Shown: positions 49,544 through 58,427 of the stretch, one piece after another
Position numbering within the stretch: the stretch's first letter is position 1
How the letters are laid out: each line of letters starts with the position of its first letter
Assembly (NCBI GenBank): GCA_025465145.1
Contig: JAODNS010000167.1
Location: forward strand, 2,621 to 66,620
DNA length: 64,000 nt
Direction: 5' to 3'
Origin: Frankiales bacterium
GTDB lineage: Bacteria > Actinomycetota > Actinomycetes > Mycobacteriales > SCTD01
The notes under the pieces: model-generated
What the model was told of the DNA's origin: nothing
Databases searched by the model: none
What the model saw: only the letters and a program-made list of their open reading frames with translations
Made by a program: the position numbers and the translations under genes

Positions 49544-49986
49544 GCCTCACTTCTCCTCTGCGTCTCGAACGATGGGTGCGCATGCCTCTCCGAACGGCCG
49601 TGCGAGTGCTCGCCTCCGCACGAGGGGTACTCGAACGGCAGCACGCGCCACACCTGGCGCCGCAGCGAGCGATGTCGCTCCCGCACCCGGTCTAGCGCCT
49701 CGTCGGCGTCACCCCGACCCCGACGGACCAGGTCCACCGCCTGCACCAGCTCCTCCGCTGCGAGCGCCACCGAAGCAGTCGCCCGGCGGACCTCGTCACC
49801 GGGAGTTGCAGCCGCCACCGCGCAGGCGCTCCTGTCCCGGAGCAGCACGGCATCCTGGCCCAGCCCGTCGAGGTCGTCCTTGAAGATCAGGCCTGCCGCG
49901 AGGCCGAGAACGAGCTGCTTGTACGACGCGTACAACTCGGCCAGCTCTGCCTCGTGCCAAGGCCGGACGTGTGGCTGAACGGTCAC
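49540..49986 (-). CDS. hypothetical protein with a Cys/His-rich C-terminal tail
   Basis: A 148-aa ORF with a GTG start preceded by GAGGGGAA. It is translationally coupled to the MBL gene. The tail is PSCGGEHSHGRSERHAHP. I recognise no family. Confidence 0.5.
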   Translation of the reverse strand: MTVQPHVRPWHEAELAELYASYKQLVLGLAAGLIFKDDLDGLGQDAVLLRDRSACAVAAATPGDEVRRATASVALAAEELVQAVDLVRRGRGDADEALDRVRERHRSLRRQVWRVLPFEYPSCGGEHSHGRSERHAHPSFETQRRSEA

Positions 49987-50001
49987 GCGGCTTCCCCTCG
50001 C

Positions 50002-50811
50002 TCAGTGCATGGTGATGCCGACGCTGACATTGAGGTCTTCGCCGGTCACCGCAGCAGATCCTGCACCAGCGAGGAACACGATGGCATCAGCGACGTCATC
50101 CGGTTGGACGATTCGCCGCAGCGGCGACTCTTCGACGTACTCCGCCCGCCGCTCCTCGACGGTGCGACCTCCCTGCCTTGCCTGGCCGGCGAGCACCGCG
50201 TCGAGACGGGGCCCGTCGACGGGTCCGGGTGAGACCAGGTTGACGCGCAGGCCGTAGGGCCCGACCTCGGCGGCCAGCGTGCGGACGAGCCCGACGAGGG
50301 CCATCTTGCTCGTCGTGTACGGCGAGCGGTGGACGAGCGGACGCTTCCCGCTCATGGACCCGACCACCACAATGCTGCCGCTCCCCCGGTCGAGCATGTG
50401 CGGCACGAGCGCGCGGCAGGACAGGAAGACGCCCCGGACGTTAACGGCCTGGGTCTGCTCCCAGTCCTCGACGGCGACCTCCCACAGCGGCGCGGTCGGG
50501 CCTGCCACCCCGCTGTTGGCGACGAGCACGTCCACCTGCCCGAACGCGTCCAGAGCACGTACGGCCAGGCTCCGCGTGCTGTCGGCGTCGGTGACGTCGG
50601 TGCGGGCGACGCACGCCTCGCCCCCGCCGGCAGCGATCTCCGCCGCCACAGCGGCCAGCTCGCCCTCCGACCGGCCGGCGAGCACAAGCCGCGCTCCTTC
50701 GGCGGCGCAGCGCAGAGCCGTTGCGCGACCGATCCCCCGACCTGCACCGGTGACGACGACGACCCGGTCTGCGAGCGCGGCCCGGCGGACCGGCGCCGCG
50801 CTCACACTCAC
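50002..50811 (-). CDS. SDR-family oxidoreductase
   Basis: A GTG at 50811 overlaps the MaoC stop. Motifs are VVVVTGAGRGIGRA, NSG and YTTSKMAL (YxxxK). Confidence 0.85.
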   Translation of the reverse strand: MSVSAAPVRRAALADRVVVVTGAGRGIGRATALRCAAEGARLVLAGRSEGELAAVAAEIAAGGGEACVARTDVTDADSTRSLAVRALDAFGQVDVLVANSGVAGPTAPLWEVAVEDWEQTQAVNVRGVFLSCRALVPHMLDRGSGSIVVVGSMSGKRPLVHRSPYTTSKMALVGLVRTLAAEVGPYGLRVNLVSPGPVDGPRLDAVLAGQARQGGRTVEERRAEYVEESPLRRIVQPDDVADAIVFLAGAGSAAVTGEDLNVSVGITMH

Positions 50812-51269
50812 GCGCCGTAGGTCAGGTAGATGGCCTCGGCGACCAGCGCCGGCCGGTCGTGGTCGCGAACCTCCATCTGCACGGCCACCTTGTACTGCAG
50901 TCCGCCGTCCGGTCGCGGAGCGACGTGCATCAGCCTTCCGCTCAAGCGCACCTTCGAGCCGACGGGGACCGGGCTGGTGAACCGGGCCCGGTCGATCCCA
51001 TAGTTGGTCCCCCTGACCTGGTCGGTCACGATGAGGAGCTCGTCGAGCAGCCTCGGCAACAGCGACAGCGTGAGGTAGCCGTGCGCGATGGTGGTGCCGA
51101 AGGGCCCCTCCGCGGCCCGCGCGGGGTCGACGTGGATCCACTGGTGGTCCTCGGTCGCCTCGGCGAAGCCGTTGATGCGCTCCTGGTCGACCAGCAGCCA
51201 GTCGCTCGTGCCGAGCTCCGTCTCGCCGAGTTCCCGCAGCTGGTCGACCGTCACCTCTAGCCCGGGCAT
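50808..51269 (-). CDS. MaoC-family (R)-specific enoyl-CoA hydratase
   Basis: A 153-aa ORF. The sequence FAEATEDHQWIHVDPARAAEGPFGTTIAHG is the hydratase 2 motif. Confidence 0.85.
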   Translation of the reverse strand: MPGLEVTVDQLRELGETELGTSDWLLVDQERINGFAEATEDHQWIHVDPARAAEGPFGTTIAHGYLTLSLLPRLLDELLIVTDQVRGTNYGIDRARFTSPVPVGSKVRLSGRLMHVAPRPDGGLQYKVAVQMEVRDHDRPALVAEAIYLTYGA

Positions 51270-51314
51270 GCCCGTCTCCGTCCTGTCGTGGGGAAGCGCG
51301 TCCGTCTCGCCTGG

Positions 51315-51710
51315 TCAGAGCAAGCGGAACCTCGGCACCGAGAAGCCCGCCTCCTGCTCGATCTGCAGAACGACCGGCCGCTCGATGGCCAGCTCCTCGA
51401 GCGGCCCCAGCACGTTGGTGATCAGCCGCGCGCCCTCGTCCAGCTCGACGACGGCCACGTTGTAGGGCACCCGGTCGGCGAACGCTGGATGCGAGGCCTG
51501 GTGGTACACGACCCAGCTGATGAGCCGCCCCCGGCCCGAGGACGCTTGCCACGCGACGTCCTCCGACAGGCAGCGCGGGCACTCCTCCCGCGCCGGGAGC
51601 CAGACGTTCGAGCAGGCGCCGCACACCTGGTGCCGAAGCTCGCCCTCGGTCAGACCGGCCCAGTACGGCTCCGTCAGCGGGGTAACGGTGGGCAGCGGGA
51701 CCTCGCTCAT
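51315..51710 (-). CDS. DUF35-type Zn-ribbon/OB-fold protein (thiolase partner)
   Basis: A 131-aa ORF with a CxxC-x10-CxxC ribbon (CGACSNVWLPAREECPRC) followed by an OB-fold segment. An ATGA overlap couples it to the upstream thiolase. Confidence 0.8.
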   Translation of the reverse strand: MSEVPLPTVTPLTEPYWAGLTEGELRHQVCGACSNVWLPAREECPRCLSEDVAWQASSGRGRLISWVVYHQASHPAFADRVPYNVAVVELDEGARLITNVLGPLEELAIERPVVLQIEQEAGFSVPRFRLL

Positions 51711-52834
51711 GACGAGCCCAAGATCAGCGTCGAGTGCGTGTGCATGATCCCTCCTTGGTTCGACACGAGTGAGGTCGTCGCCCCTACCACCTGGTTGGAC
51801 GACGTGCCACGGATCTGCCGCACGCCCTCGGTCACGAGCTGCATGCCGGGCATGCCGCTCTCCGAGAGCAGACCGCCGCTGGTGTTGACAGGCAGGGCAC
51901 CGCCGATCTCGATGCGTCCGTCCTCGACGAACGGGCCGCCTTCGCCCTTCTTGCAGAAGCCGTAGTCCTCGAGGGTCATCAACACGGTGATGGTGAAGCA
52001 GTCGTAGAGCTGCGCGACCTGGATGTCCTTGGGCCCGACGCCCGCCATGGCGAAGGCCGTTGCCGCCGAGACGGCAGCTGCCGTGTCGGTGAGCCGGGGG
52101 CGCTGAGCGACCTCCCAGGACGTCTGCCCCTGACCGTAGCCGAGGATCGGCACGGGGGCGGGCACGCCGACGGCACGGGCGCGCACGGCGCTCATCAGCA
52201 CGACCGCCGCACCGCCGTCGGAGATCAGGCAGCAGTCGTCGCGGCGCAACGGGTCGACGACCTGTCGCGAGGCGGCGTAGTCCTGTGCGGAGAGCGGCTT
52301 GCGGAGCTGGGCGCCGGGGTTGTTGGCACCGTGCCTCCGGCACGCCTGCGCGACAGCCCCGAGGTGCTCCTGCTTCGTGCCGAACTCCTCCATGTGCCGT
52401 CGCGCGATCATCGCGTAGCTGGCGGGGGTACCGAACCAGCCGAACACCGCGTCGTCTCCCCACCCGCGTTCATAGGCCTGCCGGGTGCCGGTCCGCGGGT
52501 TGTCAGCGATGGTCACGAGCGCGACCTCGCACTGCCCCTGCTCGATGGCGGAGGCCGCGAACCCGATCATCGAAGCGCTCGCCGCCCCGCCCTGGTCCCA
52601 GACACCGCCGATGCGCGGCTGCAGCCCCATGGCCTCGGCCATCGTCTGCCCGTACATCGGCAGGTGACCCGACGTCGGGTACTTGACGAAGAGGGCGTCC
52701 ACCGCGTCCTTGTCGACGTTGGCGTCCTGTAGCGCCTTACAGCAGGCCTCCACGTTCAAGGAGGTCGGCGAGCGGTCCGGGTGCTTGCCCTGCGCTGTCT
52801 GGCCGATCCCGGCGATCACGACCTTGCCGCGCAT
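51707..52834 (-). CDS. SCP-x/nsLTP-type thiolase-fold protein
   Basis: The start MRGKVVIAGIGQTAQGK is at 52834. The ORF has a thiolase-like fold with the C-terminal NTSGGLLS. It is paired with a DUF35 gene, as in BbsAB- or DitF-type systems. Confidence 0.85.
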   Translation of the reverse strand: MRGKVVIAGIGQTAQGKHPDRSPTSLNVEACCKALQDANVDKDAVDALFVKYPTSGHLPMYGQTMAEAMGLQPRIGGVWDQGGAASASMIGFAASAIEQGQCEVALVTIADNPRTGTRQAYERGWGDDAVFGWFGTPASYAMIARRHMEEFGTKQEHLGAVAQACRRHGANNPGAQLRKPLSAQDYAASRQVVDPLRRDDCCLISDGGAAVVLMSAVRARAVGVPAPVPILGYGQGQTSWEVAQRPRLTDTAAAVSAATAFAMAGVGPKDIQVAQLYDCFTITVLMTLEDYGFCKKGEGGPFVEDGRIEIGGALPVNTSGGLLSESGMPGMQLVTEGVRQIRGTSSNQVVGATTSLVSNQGGIMHTHSTLILGSS

Positions 52835-54024
52835 CAGATCACTCCCTTGACGTGCAACTCGGCGATGGTGCCGGCGTCCAGTCCGAGCCACTCGCCGTAG
52901 ACCTGCTCGTTGTGCTGGCCGAGGGTGGGGCTCGGCACGAGCTGCGCGTAGTGGTCCCCGACGCGGATCGGGCTGTGCGGCATAACCAGCGGACCCTCCT
53001 GCGGATGGTCCATCTCGACGAGCATGCCGCGCTGCCGCAGGTGCGGATCGGCCACCACCTCGGCGATCTGTCGCACCGGGGCGCTCGGGACCCCGACCGT
53101 CTGGAGCTTCTGCACCAGCTCGGCCTTGGTGAACTGTCGCGTCCAGCTGCCGACCTGCGCATCGACCTCGTCGATGATGCGCACACGTGCCACCCGGTCC
53201 ACGTAGTCCGGGTGTTCGATGAGCTCCGGGCGGCCCATCAGGCCGGCCAGGGCGCGCCAGTGCCCCTCGCTCACGCAGATCAGAGCGATGTGGCCATCGC
53301 TCGCCGGGTAGACGTTGTACGGCGCCTCGGCCATCCCGGAGTGCCGGTTGCCGGTCCGCGTCGGGGCCTCGCCGGTGCTGCCGAAGTACAGACCTAGACT
53401 GGACATCAGGCTCGGGTAAACCGAGTCCAGCATGGCGGCCTCGACCGCGGTCCCCTTGCCTGTGCGCTCGCGCTGGTAGAGGCCGGCGGCAATGGCGCCG
53501 TACAGGTGGATGCCCCCCATGAAGTCGCTGACGGCCGGTCCGGCCTTGACCGGATCGCGGTCGGGGAAGCCCGTGACGGACATGATCCCGGACATCGCCT
53601 GGATGGTGATGTCCATGGCAGGCAGGTCGCGATAGGGCCCTGTGGACCCGTAGCCGGAGCCGGACGCGTAGACGAGTCGCGGGTTGATCTCGCTCAGGCG
53701 CTCGAAGCCGATTCCCAGCCGGTCCGTGACCCCGGGGCGGAAGTTCTCGACGAAGACGTCGGCCTTCTCAACCATCTTCTCCAGCAGGGCCACGCCCTCG
53801 GGCGCTTTGAGGTTCAGGGTCACCGCGCGCTTGTTGCTGTTGAGCATGGCGAACGGAGCACCCGCCCCCGCGACGCGTCCCCGGCCTCGCAGGTTCTCGC
53901 CCGTGAGGGGCTCGACCTTGATGACGTCGGCGCCGCCGAGCGCCAGCAGGAAGGTCGCGTACGACGCGTTGTAGATCTGGCCGAGGTCGACGACCGTCAC
54001 ACCTGCGAAAGGAGCCTCGTCCAT
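52834..54024 (-). CDS. family III CoA-transferase (CaiB/BaiF/Mcr family)
   Basis: A 396-aa ORF with GVTVVDLGQIYNASYATFLLALGGADVIKVEP, NKRAVTLNLK and AVSDFMGG (candidate catalytic Asp region). Confidence 0.85.
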   Translation of the reverse strand: MDEAPFAGVTVVDLGQIYNASYATFLLALGGADVIKVEPLTGENLRGRGRVAGAGAPFAMLNSNKRAVTLNLKAPEGVALLEKMVEKADVFVENFRPGVTDRLGIGFERLSEINPRLVYASGSGYGSTGPYRDLPAMDITIQAMSGIMSVTGFPDRDPVKAGPAVSDFMGGIHLYGAIAAGLYQRERTGKGTAVEAAMLDSVYPSLMSSLGLYFGSTGEAPTRTGNRHSGMAEAPYNVYPASDGHIALICVSEGHWRALAGLMGRPELIEHPDYVDRVARVRIIDEVDAQVGSWTRQFTKAELVQKLQTVGVPSAPVRQIAEVVADPHLRQRGMLVEMDHPQEGPLVMPHSPIRVGDHYAQLVPSPTLGQHNEQVYGEWLGLDAGTIAELHVKGVI

Positions 54025-54027
54025 CGG

Positions 54028-54804
54028 TCAGCTGCCCGTAAAGTTCGCGGAGCGGCGCTCCGCGAACGCGGCCGGCCCCTCTTTGGCGTCGTCGGTGAAG
54101 CTCAGCAGCCGGTTCAGCGCCTGCTCCAGCCGCAGCCCAGTGTTCCGGTCGACGTCGCGCGAACGCAGAGCCAGCTCCTTCGTCGCCTGGACGGCCAGCG
54201 GGGCGTTGGCGGAGATCTCCCTGGCCAGCTCGAAAGCAGCCGCCAGCAGCTCCTCCTTCGGCACCACCCGGTTGACAAGTCCCCACCGCGCGGCGGTCTC
54301 GGCGTCAATCCGCTTGCCGGTGAGGAGCATCTCCATCGCGATGGCGTGTGGAAGCTGCTCGAGGATGCGCTGCGTGCCCCCGTTACCCGGCACGACGCCA
54401 CGGGCCACCTCGCTGAGCCCGAACGTGGCGGTCGGGGTGGCGAGCCGGAGGTCAGTCGCGAGCAGCAGCGTCATGCCCCCACCCAGGCAGTAGCCGTTCA
54501 CAGCGGCGATGACCGGCTTCCAGACCTCCAGGCCGCGATTGAGAAGCTGGTCCTGCTGGGTGAGCCAGAACTGCGACATCTCCGGCGGCGCGTTGACGAA
54601 GCTCTTCAGATCGGCGCCGGTGCTGAAGGCACGGTCGCCGGCCCCGGTGATGACCGCGACCCGGATGTCGGCGTCATCGCGAACACGGCTCCACGCCGCG
54701 GACAGCTGCTGGTAGGCCTCGGCGTCCATGGCATTCATCCGCTCAGGGCGGTTCATCGTGATCAGGGCGACGCCCGTGTCGTCGACCTCCAGCTCGACGG
54801 TCAA
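54028..54804 (-). CDS. enoyl-CoA hydratase/isomerase (crotonase)
   Basis: A 258-aa ORF with VALITMNRPERMNAM, VITGAGDRAFSTGADL and AAVNGYCLGGG. Confidence 0.9.
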   Translation of the reverse strand: MTVELEVDDTGVALITMNRPERMNAMDAEAYQQLSAAWSRVRDDADIRVAVITGAGDRAFSTGADLKSFVNAPPEMSQFWLTQQDQLLNRGLEVWKPVIAAVNGYCLGGGMTLLLATDLRLATPTATFGLSEVARGVVPGNGGTQRILEQLPHAIAMEMLLTGKRIDAETAARWGLVNRVVPKEELLAAAFELAREISANAPLAVQATKELALRSRDVDRNTGLRLEQALNRLLSFTDDAKEGPAAFAERRSANFTGS

Positions 54805-55976
54805 CGCGAACTGCCCTTGCCGGACAACAGCTGGCGGGCGACCACCATGCGGTGCACCTCGGAGGGACCTTCACCGATCCGCTTGATCCGCATCTCGCGG
54901 TACCAGCGCTCCAGCGGGAGCTCCTTGGCGACACCCATGCCGCCGAGCACCTGGATGCAGCGATCCACGACCCGGCCCGCCGTCTCCGTGGCGGACACCT
55001 TTGCGATGGACGCTTCGAGCTTGAAGTCCTGGCCCATGTCAGCTTTCCACGCCGCGTTGTAGACCAGCCCCCGCGATGCGCGGATCTCGATCTCGGAGTC
55101 CGCGACCATCCACTGGATGGCTTGCTTGTCAGCGAGCTTGCTGCCGAAGACCTCGCGGTTCTTGGCGTAGTCGATGGCCAGCTCCAGTGCGGCGCTGGCG
55201 ATGCCGAGCGTTGCCGCGGCGTACGGCACCCGGCCGTGGACGAGCCACTGCTGGGCCAGGGCGAAACCCCTGCCCTCGTCCCCTATGAGGTTCTCGACCG
55301 GCACACGGCAGTCCTCGAAGGAGAGCTCGCAGGGGTACCAGGAGCGGATGACCGGGATGAGCTTCATGCTCAGCCCGGGGGTGTCCTTCTCGACGATGAA
55401 GCAGCTGACCCCGTTGCGGCCCGCGCTGGTCCGTGCGAACACGACCCCCCAGTCGGAGTAGTTGGCAGCAGAGATCCAGACCTTCGTCCCGTTCAGCACG
55501 TAGTGGTCGCCGTCCCGCACCGCGGTCGTCTGGATGCTGCGCGCCGGGTCCGATCCACCAGACGGCTCACTGATCGCGACGAACGTCTTGCCCCCCGAAG
55601 CGATGGTCGGTACGGCGTACTTCTGGATCTGCTCCTCGGTGCCGCGGTAGACCACGTTGGGCGGGTCCCAGCCGAAGGCGCCTCCCGCGGGGACGTAGGC
55701 CCCCATCCGGCATTGCGACGCCTCCTCCGCGACGATCACCTGCTCGAGCAGGCTCATCTCGCTGCCGCCGTACTGCGCGGGCGACGCGATGCACCAGATC
55801 CCGGCTTGGCGGGCCTTCTTGCTGGCAGCTGCCAGGACGTCCGGCGGCAGCTTGAACGCGTCGAACGGAAGCGTCTCCTCGACTGGGCGGATCTCCTTCT
55901 GCACGAAGTCCCGTGCCACCCGCTGCAAGCCCTTGAGCTCGTCGGACATCTCCCAGCCACCGCGGTCGGTCATCAT
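54801..55976 (-). CDS. acyl-CoA dehydrogenase
   Basis: A 391-aa ORF with FVAISEPSGGSDPA, LNGTKVWISAA, FGSKLADKQAIQWMVADSEIEI and RIGEGPSEVHR. Confidence 0.9.
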   Translation of the reverse strand: MMTDRGGWEMSDELKGLQRVARDFVQKEIRPVEETLPFDAFKLPPDVLAAASKKARQAGIWCIASPAQYGGSEMSLLEQVIVAEEASQCRMGAYVPAGGAFGWDPPNVVYRGTEEQIQKYAVPTIASGGKTFVAISEPSGGSDPARSIQTTAVRDGDHYVLNGTKVWISAANYSDWGVVFARTSAGRNGVSCFIVEKDTPGLSMKLIPVIRSWYPCELSFEDCRVPVENLIGDEGRGFALAQQWLVHGRVPYAAATLGIASAALELAIDYAKNREVFGSKLADKQAIQWMVADSEIEIRASRGLVYNAAWKADMGQDFKLEASIAKVSATETAGRVVDRCIQVLGGMGVAKELPLERWYREMRIKRIGEGPSEVHRMVVARQLLSGKGSSR

Positions 55977-56047
55977 GGCGCCTCCTCATAGGCCCGGCCG
56001 GCACCTGGGCAGGGCATCGGGCGGTCCTCAGGCCGCCCGGTGCCGGG

Positions 56048-56076
56048 ACACTAAGGCCCACCGCCCCGAGAGTCAA
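56048..56076 (-). promoter_or_regulatory. sigma-70/HrdB-like promoter candidate TTGACT-17 nt-TAGTGT for the ACAD-led operon
   Basis: On the minus strand the -35 box TTGACT occupies 56071-56076 and the -10 box TAGTGT occupies 56048-56053, with a 17-nt spacer. The promoter lies about 70 nt upstream of the ATG at 55976. Confidence 0.45.
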
Positions 56077-56080
56077 TAAT

Positions 56081-56088
56081 TGGACCAA
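56081..56088 (-). promoter_or_regulatory. TTGGTCCA motif, site 4 of 4, directly upstream of the -35 box
   Basis: The minus strand reads CTTCTTTGGTCCAATTATTGACT. The motif ends 4 nt before TTGACT. Confidence 0.4.
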
Positions 56089-56125
56089 AGAAGGCTGACG
56101 TCGACGGCTGTCAGGCTGCTTCTTG

Positions 56126-56635
56126 TCAGAACGGCGCGTCGTAGCCGCCCAGGAGCCGGCTGAAGCGCCACACGCCGTCCGGGTCCTTGACCAGCTCGAG
56201 CCGGTAGGGGCCGACCGTCTCCGTCGACACGGACGCGGCGGCAGCTGCTGTGAGCATGAGGTAGGCGTGCGCGGTGGCGATACTCGCGCCGAGATCGTCA
56301 ATCACTACGTTGGTAAAGATGTGCCGGCGCTGGTCGGCCTGCTGTGACCAGAAGCCCATGAGCCACTCGACGATGGTGGCGCGGCCCACGAAGGGACCCA
56401 CCTGATCGCGACCCATGATCAGCCCCTCCCAGCTGCCGTCCTCGGTGAAGCAGTCCTCGAGTCCCTGCTGGTCGCGCTCGTCGTAGGACCAGCCGTAGCG
56501 GTAGATGCGCTCCGCGATGAGCAGGCGGTCGATGGCGGCGCCGGCCTGTGCCTCGGCAGCCAGTCGCTGAACACGGGTGTGGCCGGTCTGGCGAGCCCAG
56601 GCAGGCACCGGTCGTAGGTCGCTGGCATCGCTCAT
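56126..56635 (-). CDS. NTF2/SnoaL-like protein
   Basis: The ATG at 56635 is preceded by GAGGAGA. The product has IDRLLIAERIYRYGWSYDERDQQGLEDCFTEDGSW ... GVWRFSRLLGGYDAPF. Confidence 0.7.
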   Translation of the reverse strand: MSDASDLRPVPAWARQTGHTRVQRLAAEAQAGAAIDRLLIAERIYRYGWSYDERDQQGLEDCFTEDGSWEGLIMGRDQVGPFVGRATIVEWLMGFWSQQADQRRHIFTNVVIDDLGASIATAHAYLMLTAAAAASVSTETVGPYRLELVKDPDGVWRFSRLLGGYDAPF

Positions 56636-56684
56636 ATCTGTCTCCTCGTCCGGGGTTGGCAGAACATACGGCGGCTGCCGCGAT

Positions 56685-57479
56685 TCACGTCCCGAGAAAC
56701 GTCGGTCGTGACCGCTGCGCGAAAGCGGCTCTCGCCGCCAAGTGGTCGTCGGTGGAGTAGCAGACTGCCTGGCCAAGCGCCTCCAGGGTTGCCATCTCCG
56801 ACCAGGTCGACTGCAACGACTGGTCCAGCAGTCGCTTCGCCAGCCCCAGCGCGACCGTGGGTCCGGCTGCCAGTTGCGTGGCCAGCTGCTGCGACTCCGC
56901 CCGCACATCGTCCGCAGGCACCACCCGGTTGATCAGACGCATCTCCAGTCCCTCCTTGGCCGTGAAGGTGCGGCCGGTCAGCACCAGGTCCTTCACGAGG
57001 CTGCTGGGAAGGCGTCGGGGCAGGAAGTAGAGCGCGCCGCAGTCCGGCAGCAGGCCGATGCGCATGAAGGCGCACGACATCACGGCGGTATCGGCCGCCA
57101 CGATCAGGTCGCAGGCGAGAGCGAGGCTGAGCCCGGCCCCGTGGGCGTGCCCGTTGACGGCGGCAACCGTCGGCTTCTCCATCTCGGCCAGCGGTTGGAA
57201 GACGTCGCGCAGGAGGACCTGCAGCCTTGCCCGGCTGTGCGTCGGCGTGTCGTTGAGCTCCATCTCGACGACGTCGCCACCGGCGCAGAAGGCTGCTCCA
57301 GCCCCGGTGACGACGACGCACCTCACGGTGGGGTCGTCGGCGAGCGAGGCGAACGTCTCGGCGAGCGACCGCTTGAGATCCATGTTCAGCGCGTTACGCG
57401 CGTCCGGGCGGTTGAGTGTGACCGTGGCAACGCCAGAGTCGCGCTGCACGAGCAGGTGCGCGTACTCCTGGTCGGTCAC
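56685..57479 (-). CDS. enoyl-CoA hydratase/isomerase (crotonase)
   Basis: A GTG at 57479 overlaps the upstream stop. Motifs are VATVTLNRPDARNAL, VVTGAGAAFCAGGDV and AAVNGHAHGAG. Confidence 0.85.
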   Translation of the reverse strand: MTDQEYAHLLVQRDSGVATVTLNRPDARNALNMDLKRSLAETFASLADDPTVRCVVVTGAGAAFCAGGDVVEMELNDTPTHSRARLQVLLRDVFQPLAEMEKPTVAAVNGHAHGAGLSLALACDLIVAADTAVMSCAFMRIGLLPDCGALYFLPRRLPSSLVKDLVLTGRTFTAKEGLEMRLINRVVPADDVRAESQQLATQLAAGPTVALGLAKRLLDQSLQSTWSEMATLEALGQAVCYSTDDHLAARAAFAQRSRPTFLGT

Positions 57480-58420
57480 TGCTGGTCCGGCGACGGCACC
57501 GGCTCGAAGTAGTCGATGTCGTTGAGGGTCCCCCGGCAGTCGGCCGGGTCCTTCCACACCGCCCGCACCGGCATGCCGATGGACAGCCGCTCAGCTGCTG
57601 TGGCCACATCGAAGCCGGCGACCGTGTGGATGAGCCTCGTCGCCGAACCGTCCAGCACGATCTCGGCGTAGATGTACGGCGGCGTGCGGGTCTGCCCGAC
57701 GAACTCCAGGTGAATCACCGAGAACGCCTGCAGCACGCCGTGGTCACTGACGTCCACGTGCTGTCCGGTGCGGACGAAGCACGCGTCGCAGAACTCGCGA
57801 GGCGGGACCAGCACGTTTCGGCATGTGGGGCACAGCGAACCGAGGATGCGACGGCTTGACGCCAGCTCGTCGAAGAGTCGCCCGTAGTGCGGGCCGTAGG
57901 AGTGCTGGTACTCCAGCTCGAGCTGGTGCGGCACCTGCGCGATCAAGCCGACCTCGCCCGCAGGGTGCGCTGTGCCCGGAGGCTGGTCGTCCTCGTCCAG
58001 GACGAAGCAGTCGAGGTCGAGCACCGACTGCGTGGCGGTGGCCGCCCACACGGCACGGACCCGCGTCCCCACGGTGACAGCGCCCTTCGCGAGGTCCAGG
58101 CGGTGGAGCAGGTCGGCATCCGCTCCGTCGAGCCGGATCAGCGCAAGCACGCCTCTGTCCGTGCGTGTCAGCGCGGTCACGGTGCCGGTCTCCGGGAGCT
58201 GCACGAACTCGTCAGGCGCCTCGCCGCAACGCGAGCAGTAGTCGCTAGGCGGTACGACGGTCCGCGAGCAGACTTCGCACCGGGAGCCCAGGATGCGGTG
58301 GTTGCCGAGCTCGAACAGGAACGACCCGGCAGCCGGGCCCGTGGTCAAGGTGTAGGGCATGGAGAGCGTCGTCGTGAGGACCTGTGCTTCGTCGATGCTG
58401 GTCACCAACCCGTCCGTCAT
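57476..58420 (-). CDS. tandem double DUF35 (two Zn-ribbon/OB-fold units) protein
   Basis: The start MTDGLVTSI is at 58420. There are two ribbons, CEVCSRTVVPPSDYCSRC and CPTCRNVLVPPREFCDAC, each followed by an OB-fold-like segment. Confidence 0.8.
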   Translation of the reverse strand: MTDGLVTSIDEAQVLTTTLSMPYTLTTGPAAGSFLFELGNHRILGSRCEVCSRTVVPPSDYCSRCGEAPDEFVQLPETGTVTALTRTDRGVLALIRLDGADADLLHRLDLAKGAVTVGTRVRAVWAATATQSVLDLDCFVLDEDDQPPGTAHPAGEVGLIAQVPHQLELEYQHSYGPHYGRLFDELASSRRILGSLCPTCRNVLVPPREFCDACFVRTGQHVDVSDHGVLQAFSVIHLEFVGQTRTPPYIYAEIVLDGSATRLIHTVAGFDVATAAERLSIGMPVRAVWKDPADCRGTLNDIDYFEPVPSPDQQ

Positions 58421-58427
58421 CTTCGGC

